DNA of 64,000 nt from Thalia democratica (Eukaryota), in NCBI GenBank assembly GCA_965202585.1, contig OZ241826.1, positions 44,268,001-44,332,000 of the forward strand, written 5' to 3'. Shown here piece after piece: positions 15,429 to 26,300 of this stretch. How positions within the stretch are numbered: position 1 is the stretch's first letter; every line of letters begins with the position of its first letter. Below the pieces are notes generated by a model. That model was given only the letters and a program-made list of their open reading frames with translations. It did no database searches and had not been told where the DNA came from. The translations under genes were made by a program, and so were the position numbers.

Positions 15429-16173
15429 ATGCTAGAAAATTTCAGTTCTAACATCAACATACTGGACAACATACTGGACATGAACGGCGTCAACGTATTC
15501 GGCGAGAACCGACACGGCATCGGGGGGAACAACCAGCAGAACAATTTCGTGCCCAACGGGGGAGCGGGACCGTTCAACCTGGGAGGAATCTCGGGGGACG
15601 GCATGAACGGGGGACAGCGCAACAACAACGGCCAGGGTCAGAACCACTTCAGCCACGGCGGCGTCTACGTGAACGACATCCTGTGCTGGCTGTCCAACTA
15701 CCACAACCGGTACAACAGCCAGACCCTTTGCCGGCAGATCATGGAGACGTACTCGTCCAACGACATCCTGCAGGCGTGCACCACCCTGAAGGAGATCGCC
15801 ACCACCAACAACACCACCTTCTCCGACAGCTCCGTCTTCTTCAACGACCAGATGTCGCTGGAGGAGAAGACGGTGCGGTGCATGCTGTACATATTCAAGC
15901 TGAACAAGACCGAGCGCAACGTGCTGCCCAGGTTCGTGTCGCAGGGCCTGCACCTGCCCAAGGTGCAGCACTACACGCACGTGGAGCTGCAGGAGCCGCT
16001 GCAGGACCTGAGGGACCACATCACGGAGCAGGTCATGCTGATCAGGAACGAGATGACGAGCATGAAGAGGATGATCACGGCCAAGAGCACGGAGGAGAGC
16101 AACAACATGAACAAGATCATGCAGAACCTGCTGAAGTTCAACAACCAAAACTTTAAAAACTTCAACACGAACA
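15429..16173 (+). CDS. Coding exon 1: G/N-rich N-terminus then LINE ORF1p-like domain (about aa 79-216) with coiled coil
   Basis: Acceptor tttcAG at 15415-15416 with ctaac branch-like motif near 15390, ATG at 15429, donor GTAAGT at 16174. Motifs VNDILCWLSN, TYSSNDILQA..L, LPRFVSQGLHLPKV and a heptad-like L..LRD.I..QV..IRNEM resemble the recalled ORF1 consensus of CR1/L2-group elements (often annotated 'mutant cadherin'). Confidence 0.85.
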
Positions 16174-19100
16174 GTAAGTGTATATTCTAAACTTTTCACC
16201 TTTAATAATTTATTGTTTATAATATTTTTTTTTGTGACACGTTACCAAAAATAATCATTTTTTACAGACTTCTCAAGCACAAACAGTCAGCCTGGGAGCA
16301 AGCTCAACTCGATAAGGGACCAGCTGATTTTGAAGCAGGCCATGAACCAGAAGCAGCAGCAGTTGCAGAACCACCTCAACAAAACAAACAATGTTGTTAA
16401 CTTTGGTGCGACGACTTCCGCCGGCAATTTCGGATTGAACTCGGCAAGCTCCAGCGGAATGGACCTCGGAAGTTTGTTCGGCAGGTCTGGCAATAACTCA
16501 GCGACTTTCCAGCTGGCTGAAACTTCTGATGGCAACAATCAGAATAATGGAAGTGAGTTGAACTTTTCTTAGGCAGAACTTATACTTACGACTATATATG
16601 AGTATTATTTCGACTTAAGGAGATAAAGTTAGCAACTAAGTCACGAAGAGAGAGTTTTGATAACTAATAACTAAACTATTTAAACACGACTCAGCTTATT
16701 TAAAAGTCAAAAATCTGAATCGTTTTAGTATAAATAATGTACATAACTAATTTTACGAATAGTAAAAAGACTTGCTGCAAAACCAGCAATTATTACGTCA
16801 CAACGCGAATCGAATCGTTACTCCATTTTGTTAAGTGTGCTTTTAAGGTTCAATCAGTTGATCGTAAAAAGTATATATGACTGAACAAGTAAAGATTTTA
16901 ATGTTTATATGAAATTAAGTTTAAAAAAAAGCTTATAGTTTATGCTTTGCAACTTTATAACCATTGTAAAGTATGATTTTTCAATTTAAACCGTACTTAA
17001 AAGTTTTCAAAAAATTAACAACTAAAAGTTTTTATGGAAAGCTGAACATGATTTTTATTTATTGTTTATTTTGCAGCAGATAATGAAGAAAACAAAAGTG
17101 AAATTAGCGCAATGGAGATAAATCAGACAGTAAGTTTTGTTTTTTGTTTTAATTCGCATTAAATTTAAAACAAAACGAATATATTAGACAACTAGTCACA
17201 AGTTAAATATTAGTAATGTTATTAATTATGACTATTTTTCCTCAACGTAATTTAAAAAAAGCCAATAAGTTAATTTACTCATATAAATTCAAAGATTACA
17301 ATATTTTTAAAGTCGTTTTAAGTTTAATGCTTTTTTATTATATCACTTAAACAGAGCTGTTGAAACTTTTAGTTACTGTTTTTTGCAGAATTTACAAACA
17401 CATAACAATAGTTTCAAAACTCACAAAAGTTGTTAAATTAACACAAGTGTGATACAATTTGTATTTTTACTTAAAAGTATAATTAGTCGTTAGTTTAGTA
17501 TTTATGACTAAAGCTCAAATGTATTTTGTCAAAGAAAAGATGAAAAAAATTGATAAAACTCGATTCGATCAGCGGTTAAAAAACAGCATTAAGTGCAATT
17601 GAAAACAATAACTCATTTTATAAACACCACCCACGCACCACCATACGCTTGCTCACAAAATAAACAAAAATCACACAGCTCATTCAAAATAAGCTTCGAA
17701 TGGCTTTAATGAAAGTTTAAGTTTCAATTCTCTGATCTTCTTTTCACCTTAGCGAAGCAGATTGTGACGTCACTTGCAGCAAATTCACGTGACGTCATAA
17801 AGTTTAACGCATGCTTTTTATCTGCTCTAACGCGGTGCTAAACTTATGTGACTCGAAAACTGATATAACTAATTTTGAATTTTTTGCTTTATAACTGTTT
17901 ATTTTATTTTATCAAGTATCTTAGAACGACAAAATTAAGTTAGAAATTTTTTTAACCTATACTTTAAGTCCGATTTTTCACAACAAAGTTAAACACCACT
18001 TTTTTTTCACCAGCAAAACGACGACGCTTCGCAGCACTCCGACCAGCGCAGCACGGCCACTCCGAACCAGCAGCCGAAGCAGGCGGAAGTGACGATGCGG
18101 TCGTTCGACCTGTCCTCGAGACCGAACCTCTTCTCGTCCACCATAAACGGGATGAGCGTGTCCGCACTCAACGAGGTCATCAAGAAGTTCTCCTCGGGAA
18201 ACCTGTCATCGCTGGCGGCCGGGGCGGCGAACATGGCGTCCAACAACATCGGCCCGTCCTCGTCGTCAACACCCAACAAGGACGAATCGGTCATGGGTGC
18301 GTTTTTAAACTTTGTAAAAAGCGCATAAAAGTAACTCGTTTAAGTTAAAAAGTTTTAGTTTATAACGATGGTTGCTTATAAAAGATAAAAACGCAATGAG
18401 TCCGTTGAAATATAAAATTGTAAAGTACTCATTTTGTTAAAACTAACGACGTTCTGTGCTCTAGTTACAGCGTAAAGAAACGCCGTCTGTTTCCAGTAAA
18501 CTTAGTAGTTATTAAGACATGTTTAGCTCAATATGTGTCAACAAAAACTAAACATTTTTGATTCATATTAATTTGATTGATAAAATTGAAGGAAACAACG
18601 GACTGTCCAACGGAATGATATTATCCCAAGCAAAAAACGGGTTGATGGCGGCTTCTACCAGCCCACCGGGAACTTACACTTTGAAGCTGGACGAAAATCC
18701 ACTGACCATTACTACTGAGGATCAGGAACTACCGACCATGGTTGTGGTGAGTAACTATAAAATGTTTTCTGATGTATTTCAATGTTTTAGTTGAAAATTC
18801 TTACTTTGAATGACAATTAAATGAGTAAAATAAAATTTTGTTTAGTTCTTTTTCCACTGAATACAACTTTGAAAGTATCAATTTAGAGAAAGCAAAAGTA
18901 AAACTTTAAGGATTCATGCATTTTAGCAATCACAAGATGAACTTGCTTGTCATGAGTTTATAAACTTTTATATTTTGTTTCATATTTTAAAATTGTTTTC
19001 TTAAATTTAAAGCGGTTAAACTTTATATAAAAAACACATGATCAAAAATATCAAGTTGTTCACAGCTTTATCACAAAATTAACTATAGCAATTCTGCATA

Positions 19101-22100
19101 TTATGTGTTTTTTAACGTAAAGTTGTTTTGATAGACTTACTCATGCTTTTTGAACAACTTTAAGTTGTTTACTCATTTAATACATTTAATAGCTTTCAAC
19201 TACTTAATTAACTACTCTTAAAACAGTTTTGTTTATGACTTTTTTTCATACAGCTATGAAAAAACTATTAAGTACTGTATTTTATAAATAAAATATTTAA
19301 TGTCATCATACTCACATTTAATTAAGATAAAATAAGCGCTAAATTAGTTATTCTTTCATATGTTGCTTTATAAAATCTTTAAACTTTTTACTTAGCTGTA
19401 TTTATAGACTACTATATATTTACTAGTTTAATAACAAAAAAAAAAATTAAGCTTAACTTTAGATAAATATTTTTTAGTCTTACCAAAACAAACGCAATCG
19501 TTTAACACATAAATATAAGTTCACCAACTACTTGCTAAAATTTTATTTTAAGCCTTTGCATTAAAGCATTTCGCTTCTAAAGTGACCAAACGTCGATCAA
19601 ATACCCCAATTACATTACATTGAGCACCGTTCTCCTCAAAACTTTCGCTTCGACTCACCGTTGCTCGATTGCGCTTCACCGGCTCAATAGAAAAAGCAGC
19701 AGGAAGTTAATTCGAGCAACTTACATTCAATCACATACACACAAGTCGCGTTTCGAACGCAGCGGCAGCAAAGGGATTTCAGCTCTCAACTCAAAGTCGA
19801 GCGCGGCGATCGCAACTGAAACAATGCAATTTGTTTACAATGCAAATGCGAAAGGCTCGCATTGAACTTTACTCAGCTCACGATCGCCATTCCGATTTAT
19901 CGCGAAGAGAGTTTTTTTCATCGAGCGAAACAAGAAATCTAGATACGAAGCTTCGTGATGTACGCTGAAGCGCCGAGATTACTTTCTTGGATTAATGCAG
20001 GCTGGTTTCGCCGTCTTGTTCTCTTTTTTTGGTGCTTCGGCCTCCTCTGATATCTTGTTCTGCTGGTACCTTGTCTTTCAGCATCAGTAAGTTCTATTGT
20101 GAGGCCTAATGCAAAGTTTTGTTTTGATTTAAACAATTTTAATGGATGGCCCGTACCTCGGTCGCAGTGGTTAGTAGAGGATACAAAGTGAAATTGCCGA
20201 ACAAAAATGTTTCATTTGCTATCGTAAAAACCGCTTTTTTAGTTAAATCTTATTTTTAACCAACTTTCTTATTAAAAACTAATGTTGTTACAATTTTTTA
20301 AGAGTTTACACAAATGTACTGTAAAAAAGTATAAAAATGTTTAAAAAATCAATACACTTTTTACCTGCTCAATTCTCTTAAGTACAGATTCAAATACGAG
20401 CTGAACTATTCGCATTTTAGAAAAATTAAGTTGTTAACGCCTGCAAAGTTCTCATCGCTTTTGCAACGTTAACTCCTAACTTTAACTAGAAAGTCAGCTA
20501 CAAAGTACAAAACTGCAGTTTTTTCCATACAACTGTCAAGTAAGGAGGAAGTGAAACACAAAAACGTGTTGTTTGCGAGTGAGTCTTCGATAGAAGTTTT
20601 ACATGACAAAAAATCACAAGCCTAAAAATAGACGTTGTTAGAATTAAAGCAGCTAGTGATCAAAAGATAAGGAAAACCACAAAAATGCGAAGCTAAAACG
20701 CACTTAAAACGGTTGAGTTTTTCAATATTTCCTTTTGATTTTTTCTCATTAGTAAGATTTTGATAACAGAGTGCTTAATAAAGTTTTCTCATGAAACATT
20801 ACCCAAAAATTTTTGTTTACCTATTTACTTTACACTTTTATAAAAAAGTTAATTCTGCTTCTCTTTTTTTCAAAATAGAAAGTCCACTAATTTAATTTCG
20901 ACATACTCAGTCTTAAAAAGCACCAGTGTTTAGTTTCTTTTGAAACCCGATATCGAAGCTTTAAGCAGTTGTTATCATTTAACATCCAGCCGTCTTTGAT
21001 TGAACCTGTGCAAAATTTTTCCACCACGGTAATATTCTTTCAATGAATCATTTTGTTGATGTTTTTTTCACGGCAAAGTGCGTGCGCACTTGAAACTGCG
21101 GTCGCCAAAATATGATGTTTCCTTTCTGCGGCTTGCAGCGAAACGCAAAAATTAAACTCTTTAATTGAGTGTTACAAGTATATTTTTTTGTTTACAGACG
21201 TTTTTGTTTGCGGTTAAAACAGCGACCAAAAACTTCAAGCAGTATGTAGGTTACACCGAGTTTCAAAACTTCAACGAAAAAGGTAGGAAGGGTTTTTGCT
21301 GTTGTTTTGCTTGCCACTAAGCAAATAGAGCGGCGGCAAAGCAAACGACTCGGCGAACCGGGGTGACACTCAAATATATAGGCCATTCGAAGGCACTTGA
21401 AAACGGCCATCGATTCAATTAAAGCGGCGTCCATATGCATTTATATATATATATAGGTGAAGCGGCTTTGAACCCGGAAAACCTTTCAACGACAATAGCC
21501 GCTGCGCTGAAATTTCTTGAAACCGAAGCGCCGAGTCTATTTTTATGGCGTTCCTTCGCAGAAAAAACTAACATCGTTGCGCGCCTTGAGTCTTTCTCAT
21601 TGTGCGGCCGCACCCTCGGCGTGTTTTTGTTGCCTCCATTGTTCGCCCCACTTCATTGTTCGGCCACTCACGCGGCTCGCCAGCAAACGAGATTCTATTC
21701 ATGTGAAGTCTCCGGTATGCCGCTCTGCCTTTGTTGGCTTTTTTACATGCGAGCTTTATGTGAGCAGAACGAAACAAGTCGTGATTTCGTGAAAATATTG
21801 ATAAGAATGTTTTCAAGAGAAGTCTTACCCGGTTTTTACTTTGTTTTGGAGTTAAGCGTTGTTTTTCTTCTCCTTCAAAAAAAGTAGTTTGTTCAACACT
21901 TTCAGCTTAGTTTTGGTATTAAATGTAGGAAACTAGAGCTATTTTTTGAAAAATTGTTCCATGTTTTGATATATGTAGTTATTTTCTAATAGCATAAAAA
22001 ATATTATTAAAACTTGAGCTACTCAGTTTTATTTCGCTAAAACAGTGGTGAAACAAAATTCTCGAAACTTTTAAAGCATTTTTACAACTAAAATTCGTCA

Positions 22101-23363
22101 TTTATCAAATTATAATTGTATAGAAAAACTATCCAAATAATGAGTACAAATTATAATGTCTTTTAAGCAGATCGGATACTTTATCTTGGTGTCTATTTAT
22201 CACTTATTTATTTCAATCACCACGTATAAAAAATAATAAATATTAAAACTAACATCCGTTGCAAATGCAATTAAACATTTAAGATTAAAAAAATGTTTTC
22301 ACTTTTTAAAGTTTTTGTAAAATGGAAATGCAGTTTTTAAAACATGCACCATATTTACACATCTAAAATTAACAAAAAAATCTTAAACCTAAAAAACAAT
22401 TGTTCACAGAAAAACAACAACTACAAGATGTACAACACCCCGATCAGCCTCAACAGCCGCCGCAGAAACAACCCCCTCTCCCAGATCAACCGGCCCCGCG
22501 TCGTCAACAACAACGGCCAGGTTGCCAACGGCTTCAACGCCACCGCCAACAACCGCCAGTTTTACCAGCAGCGGCACAACGGCAGGGGCGGCACGGGAAG
22601 GAGGAACGCCAAGCAGCACTCGTGCGAGATCTGCGGGTACACGTCCACGCTGACCGACGTGACCAAGCACAAGCGCACCCACACCGGGGAAAAACCCTAC
22701 TCGTGCCCCATCTGCAAGAAGTGCTTCAGCTTGAACAGCAACATGCTCAGGCACTACAGGAAGCACAAGCCGCACGAGCACGAGGCCCTGCAGAAGCGCA
22801 AGGAAGAGGAGGCTGCAGCCGCCGCAGCCAGCACCGCTAAAAACGGGACTGCGCCCGTGGCCGTGCCCCAGGTCACCGACGTGACCGAAGCCCTGCCCAA
22901 GTTCAAGGTCACCAACAACGTCACGGGGCCCAACTCCATACCGGCCTCGGCAATGAAGCTGCCGTTCAGCGCCCAGGTTGAGAGCTCCGTCAACTTTGCC
23001 CGGCCCCTCGTGCTAGTTCAGTCGGCCAACTCTGCAAGTAACAGCTTGCCTGCCGCCATAGCAACGGCCGTCATAACGACGAGCGCTGTAAGCAACAGCC
23101 CCGTCACTTCGCCTGCTGTCTCCATTGCCTCGCCCGGTTCGTCCGCGTCCCAGAACGCCGACTTACCCGTCGTCAAGCAGCAAGCTGCGTCTCCATGCCA
23201 ACCGGTGACCAAGATGGAAGTGAAAGAGGAGGAAGAAGAATGCAAGCCGCCGATGGACCTCTCGGAAAAATCCCCGTCCTCCAACGACGGGTCCTCTGTG
23301 GAGGAGAAGCAAAGTGAAGCCGCTCAAGTTGCTGAGAGACCAAATACCACGAATGCGATTTAA
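15429..23363 (+). CDS. 6-exon gene, 824 aa: N-terminal LINE-ORF1-like domain plus coiled coil, N/Q/S/G low-complexity middle, two C2H2 zinc fingers, C-terminal PxDLS (CtBP) motif; putative transcriptional repressor
   Basis: Exons 15429-16173, 16268-16552, 17077-17129, 18014-18296, 18592-18746, 22410-23363. All introns are GT-AG and the phases chain 1/1/0/1/0. Total 2475 nt = 825 codons with no internal stop. The frames agree with ORF-track entries 15429, 16330, 18089, 18558 and 22344. Exons are GC3-rich against AT-rich introns. The acceptor at 18590-18591 (aattgaAG) is weak, and the exon 5 to exon 6 join is inferred from phase only. Confidence 0.8.
17765..17797. promoter_or_regulatory. Intronic CRE + E-box/CRE cluster
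   Basis: TGACGTCA at 17765-17772 and overlapping TCACGTGA/TGACGTCA at 17785-17797, in intron 3 of the ZF gene. Confidence 0.55.
21442..21455. repeat. Short (TA)n tract inside an intronic GC-rich island (possible TATA element)
   Basis: tatatatatatata in the island 21200-21800. Confidence 0.4.
22410..23363 (+). CDS. Terminal coding exon: two C2H2 zinc fingers (22623-22766) with TGEKPY linker, Ala/Ser/Pro-rich region, VKEE SUMO motif, PMDLS CtBP motif (23250-23264)
   Basis: ORF-track 22344..23363: CEICGYTSTLTDVTKHKRTH-TGEKPY-SCPICKKCFSLNSNMLRHYRKH. Acceptor ttcacAG at 22408-22409, stop TAA at 23361-23363. Confidence 0.93.
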   Translation, partial: KNNNYKMYNTPISLNSRRRNNPLSQINRPRVVNNNGQVANGFNATANNRQFYQQRHNGRGGTGRRNAKQHSCEICGYTSTLTDVTKHKRTHTGEKPYSCPICKKCFSLNSNMLRHYRKHKPHEHEALQKRKEEEAAAAAASTAKNGTAPVAVPQVTDVTEALPKFKVTNNVTGPNSIPASAMKLPFSAQVESSVNFARPLVLVQSANSASNSLPAAIATAVITTSAVSNSPVTSPAVSIASPGSSASQNADLPVVKQQAASPCQPVTKMEVKEEEEECKPPMDLSEKSPSSNDGSSVEEKQSEAAQVAERPNTTNAI

Positions 23364-26300
23364 AAACTATATTAATTACGGTTTTTGAGTATTAAAACTA
23401 AACTATTATTTTTTCATAATTTGTCGTAGCTCTACACTAACAAGTTTTACTCGTCTATAGATGTGTTGTTTTAGACACAACTAACACTTTTTTGCTATAT
23501 GAGTTTACGAAGATAGCTACTTGTTAAAAGCTTTGATTTCATCGCAAAGTAGTTTCGTTTTTTGCTTATTCGTGAAATTTCCTCGCAGCGTTTGGAGGTC
23601 TTATATAACATGTTTTTTCGGTTTGTCAGCATTTTCTATTTTAAAACACAAAAGATAAAAGGCTTTGTTTACTTTTTGAGTCTTCAGCAAGTTGAAAAGC
23701 TTTTAAACCTATAAACAAAACCTAAGTTATTTTGAAGTAATTATAAACTTTAAAAATCAAAGTAAATATCAAATAAAAAGTATAAATGCTTTTTAAACGT
23801 TTTTTTGTGTGTCTGCGTTTGATTAGGTTTTTTTTTTCTTTAACTTCTAGGAAATGAATCGTTTGCCTATCATACGAATTTTTCTTTAAGCTTTCTTTCA
23901 AAGGTTGGTTTATTTTTGTTCGGAATTAGTGATTTGGTCGATTCACTGTATTCAATGCGAACCGAAATCCGAACCTAACCGAAAAGTAGCTTTGTAATAC
24001 TATAAAGTGTATTTAAAGCTTTAATGACGCAAAAAAACTTGCGATTTATAGCTTTATTAAAACAACTACCAAAAACTTATGCATTTTTGGGGTCTTACAG
24101 TTTTAAATCACTACCGTTTAAGAAATCTTCGGTTCTATAAAGGGTCTTTCAAGATATGACAAATGTTATAGGAAATTTTGAACAACATATCAAATTGTAT
24201 GGTGTTAGACATCTTAGACGTAAAACGCCCCTTCTACCCTCGAAAAATATTTTTGTGCTCATATACTTTTTTTCTTAGGTTTATGTCTAACCAAAAACAG
24301 TTTTTTTGTGTATTTGTTTAAGAAATTTAAGTGGCTCAATGTTGTTTTTCAGACTAGGCTTTTGTAAATATTGTAACAAAAAACTAGTTTGGAAATGGAA
24401 AAAAAGTTTAATATAATGTCTCAATAGAAAGGACAATCCGATATGTATAAAATATTAGTTTCTGTCGAATTAAAAATGTTTGAAATCTTTGCTTTCTGAT
24501 TGTGTTTTTAAAACGTTTTGTTTTCTTTTTCTTCGTTTACAAAATTTTTGATTGTTTATATCATTATTGTATACTGTCTTATTAATTTTCGGTTGCTAGT
24601 TCTACATAAATTTTAAGTATCAAAATTGTTACAAAGTCTTAAACATAAGCGAAAAGCAATTACATTCAAAATCTCGGTTTCTCAAAATATTGTCACAGTA
24701 TACCAGTATTTCAAAATACTTTCTTTATTTCATTCTTATTATTGAGACCTTTCACCACTCAATAGGCTTACAGCGCGCTCTTCTTATTTTTTCTTTCATT
24801 TGTCATCAGCTCAAGTCAGTCGACCAAGATCTTGTTCTTGATCACAGCGAAAGAGTCCCAAGCTCGCTTTCTTAAACGCGACCGGACGAGCTTTGATTGA
24901 CTGGAAGCGGGCCAACAAAGCTCCTTGATTTGTTAATCCAGCTCAATTATGCTCGCCGCTTGACCGGTGCTCAAACATATTAATAGAATGACGTTCGATC
25001 TTCGAACTTGCTTGACTTCTTCGAGCGAGCTTATGTTTAAAAGCCCATTTGTTTACGCTGGCGCGCGAGTCTGAACCGGCTCGTTTTGCACTTACTTGAT
25101 GAAATGTAAACAGACACCACTTTCGTTTGTTTCTACTTTATTTCGTTTCGTTGTTTTTTTTTCGTGTATGTCATCCTAACATGGCCTTTTCATCGCGATG
25201 TCTTTCAGTTGATACCCAAGCGCTTATTTGCTTTAACTATTTTGTAGTAACCTCTCTATCTTTCTTTTATGCATACAGCTTTTTTACAGACAAGCTTTTG
25301 GCCTATATAACATTTCGTGTGCTTCTAATCGAATGTCTTAAGTTTCTTTTTTTTTTTTTGGTAGCTTTCACAATAATGCTTCAACGTATAAACATATATG
25401 CTTAAACCGTTTGTTTTAACTTTAGTTGCCTTTGAGTTTTGTTTTAAGACTGTTTTAAATCTTTTTTAAATAAAACCAAAGTACAAATCGTTTAGCATAT
25501 ATTTAGTTTAAACATGTTGCCTCGCAAAACTCTACTTTCTAATTAATATTCTTGCTCTTAATTTTTTGAATTTGAATAAACGGTTGCAAAAATATTTGTA
25601 TAATGTTTTCTAATCACATAGTTATAACTTTAGTTGTATAGAAAAGGTTACTTTTATAATATAAACCAATTTTTATATCAATTTAAAGTAAGTATATAAA
25701 TAGTTTTGATTGAGTCCACTAAAAATTGTTAATAGATACCTGTAATTGTAAAAAAGAATTACAAAAATATATTTCAAATAAGTTTTTAACCTTTTAAGTT
25801 TTATAAACAAGTTTTTTAGTTTCAAAAAATGTATTATTTTCAAAATTTAACAATCTGTTGTAATAACCTTTAAAAAAAATTAAAAAGCTTCAAAAGCTTG
25901 AAAGTAGTTTAAAAAAAAAAAAAATCAAATTAAAAGTAGTTTAAAGAACTTAAAAATTAATAAACTAATATTCGGGTATTGCAAAGATATTAGCTTTATA
26001 ATTTTAACAATCTAATACAACAACCTTTAAAACAAAATCAAAAAGTTTCAAGAGTACAAAAGTACAAACAGTTTGAAGCTGCAAGAACGTATCGGGCAGT
26101 TTTCGAGAGAATACAGCTATACGCTGTACACAGTCAGCTACAAACTCGCTTGTAATACGTAGCCGACATCGCTGAAAGCTTGTATTCATATTCAGTACAA
26201 CGCTGATGCACACTGAAGCGCTCGAAAACTCCGCGCAACTCTCTTTTCGTTTTCTCCCACTCTCCCAGCTCGCTCTCGTGCCGAAGAGAGTTTTCTAGCA

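Noticed and set aside
15429-16190. Exon 1 as an ordinary decayed LINE insertion
   Set aside because: No ORF2, poly(A) or TSD. The frame is intact with host codon bias and in-phase splice sites linking to downstream exons.
15432-16199. 255-aa antisense ORF and other-frame ORFs (15413, 15683, 15698, 15971) over exon 1
   Set aside because: Shadow frames: GC3-biased sense codons avoid TTA/CTA/TCA, so the reverse strand lacks stops. The products are compositionally odd and have no splice support.
20155-20180. A-box-like cctcggtcgcagtggttag (tRNA/SINE 5' end)
   Set aside because: No B-box or cloverleaf follows; at most a tiny SINE relic.
6439-22259. Shared 12-mer ACTAACATCCGT at 6439 and 22248
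   Set aside because: A single 12-mer match in 64 kb of AT-rich DNA is unremarkable and the flanks do not align.
22400-23284. Alternative-frame and antisense ORFs over the ZF exon
   Set aside because: Same shadow effect; only frame 22344 encodes recognisable motifs.
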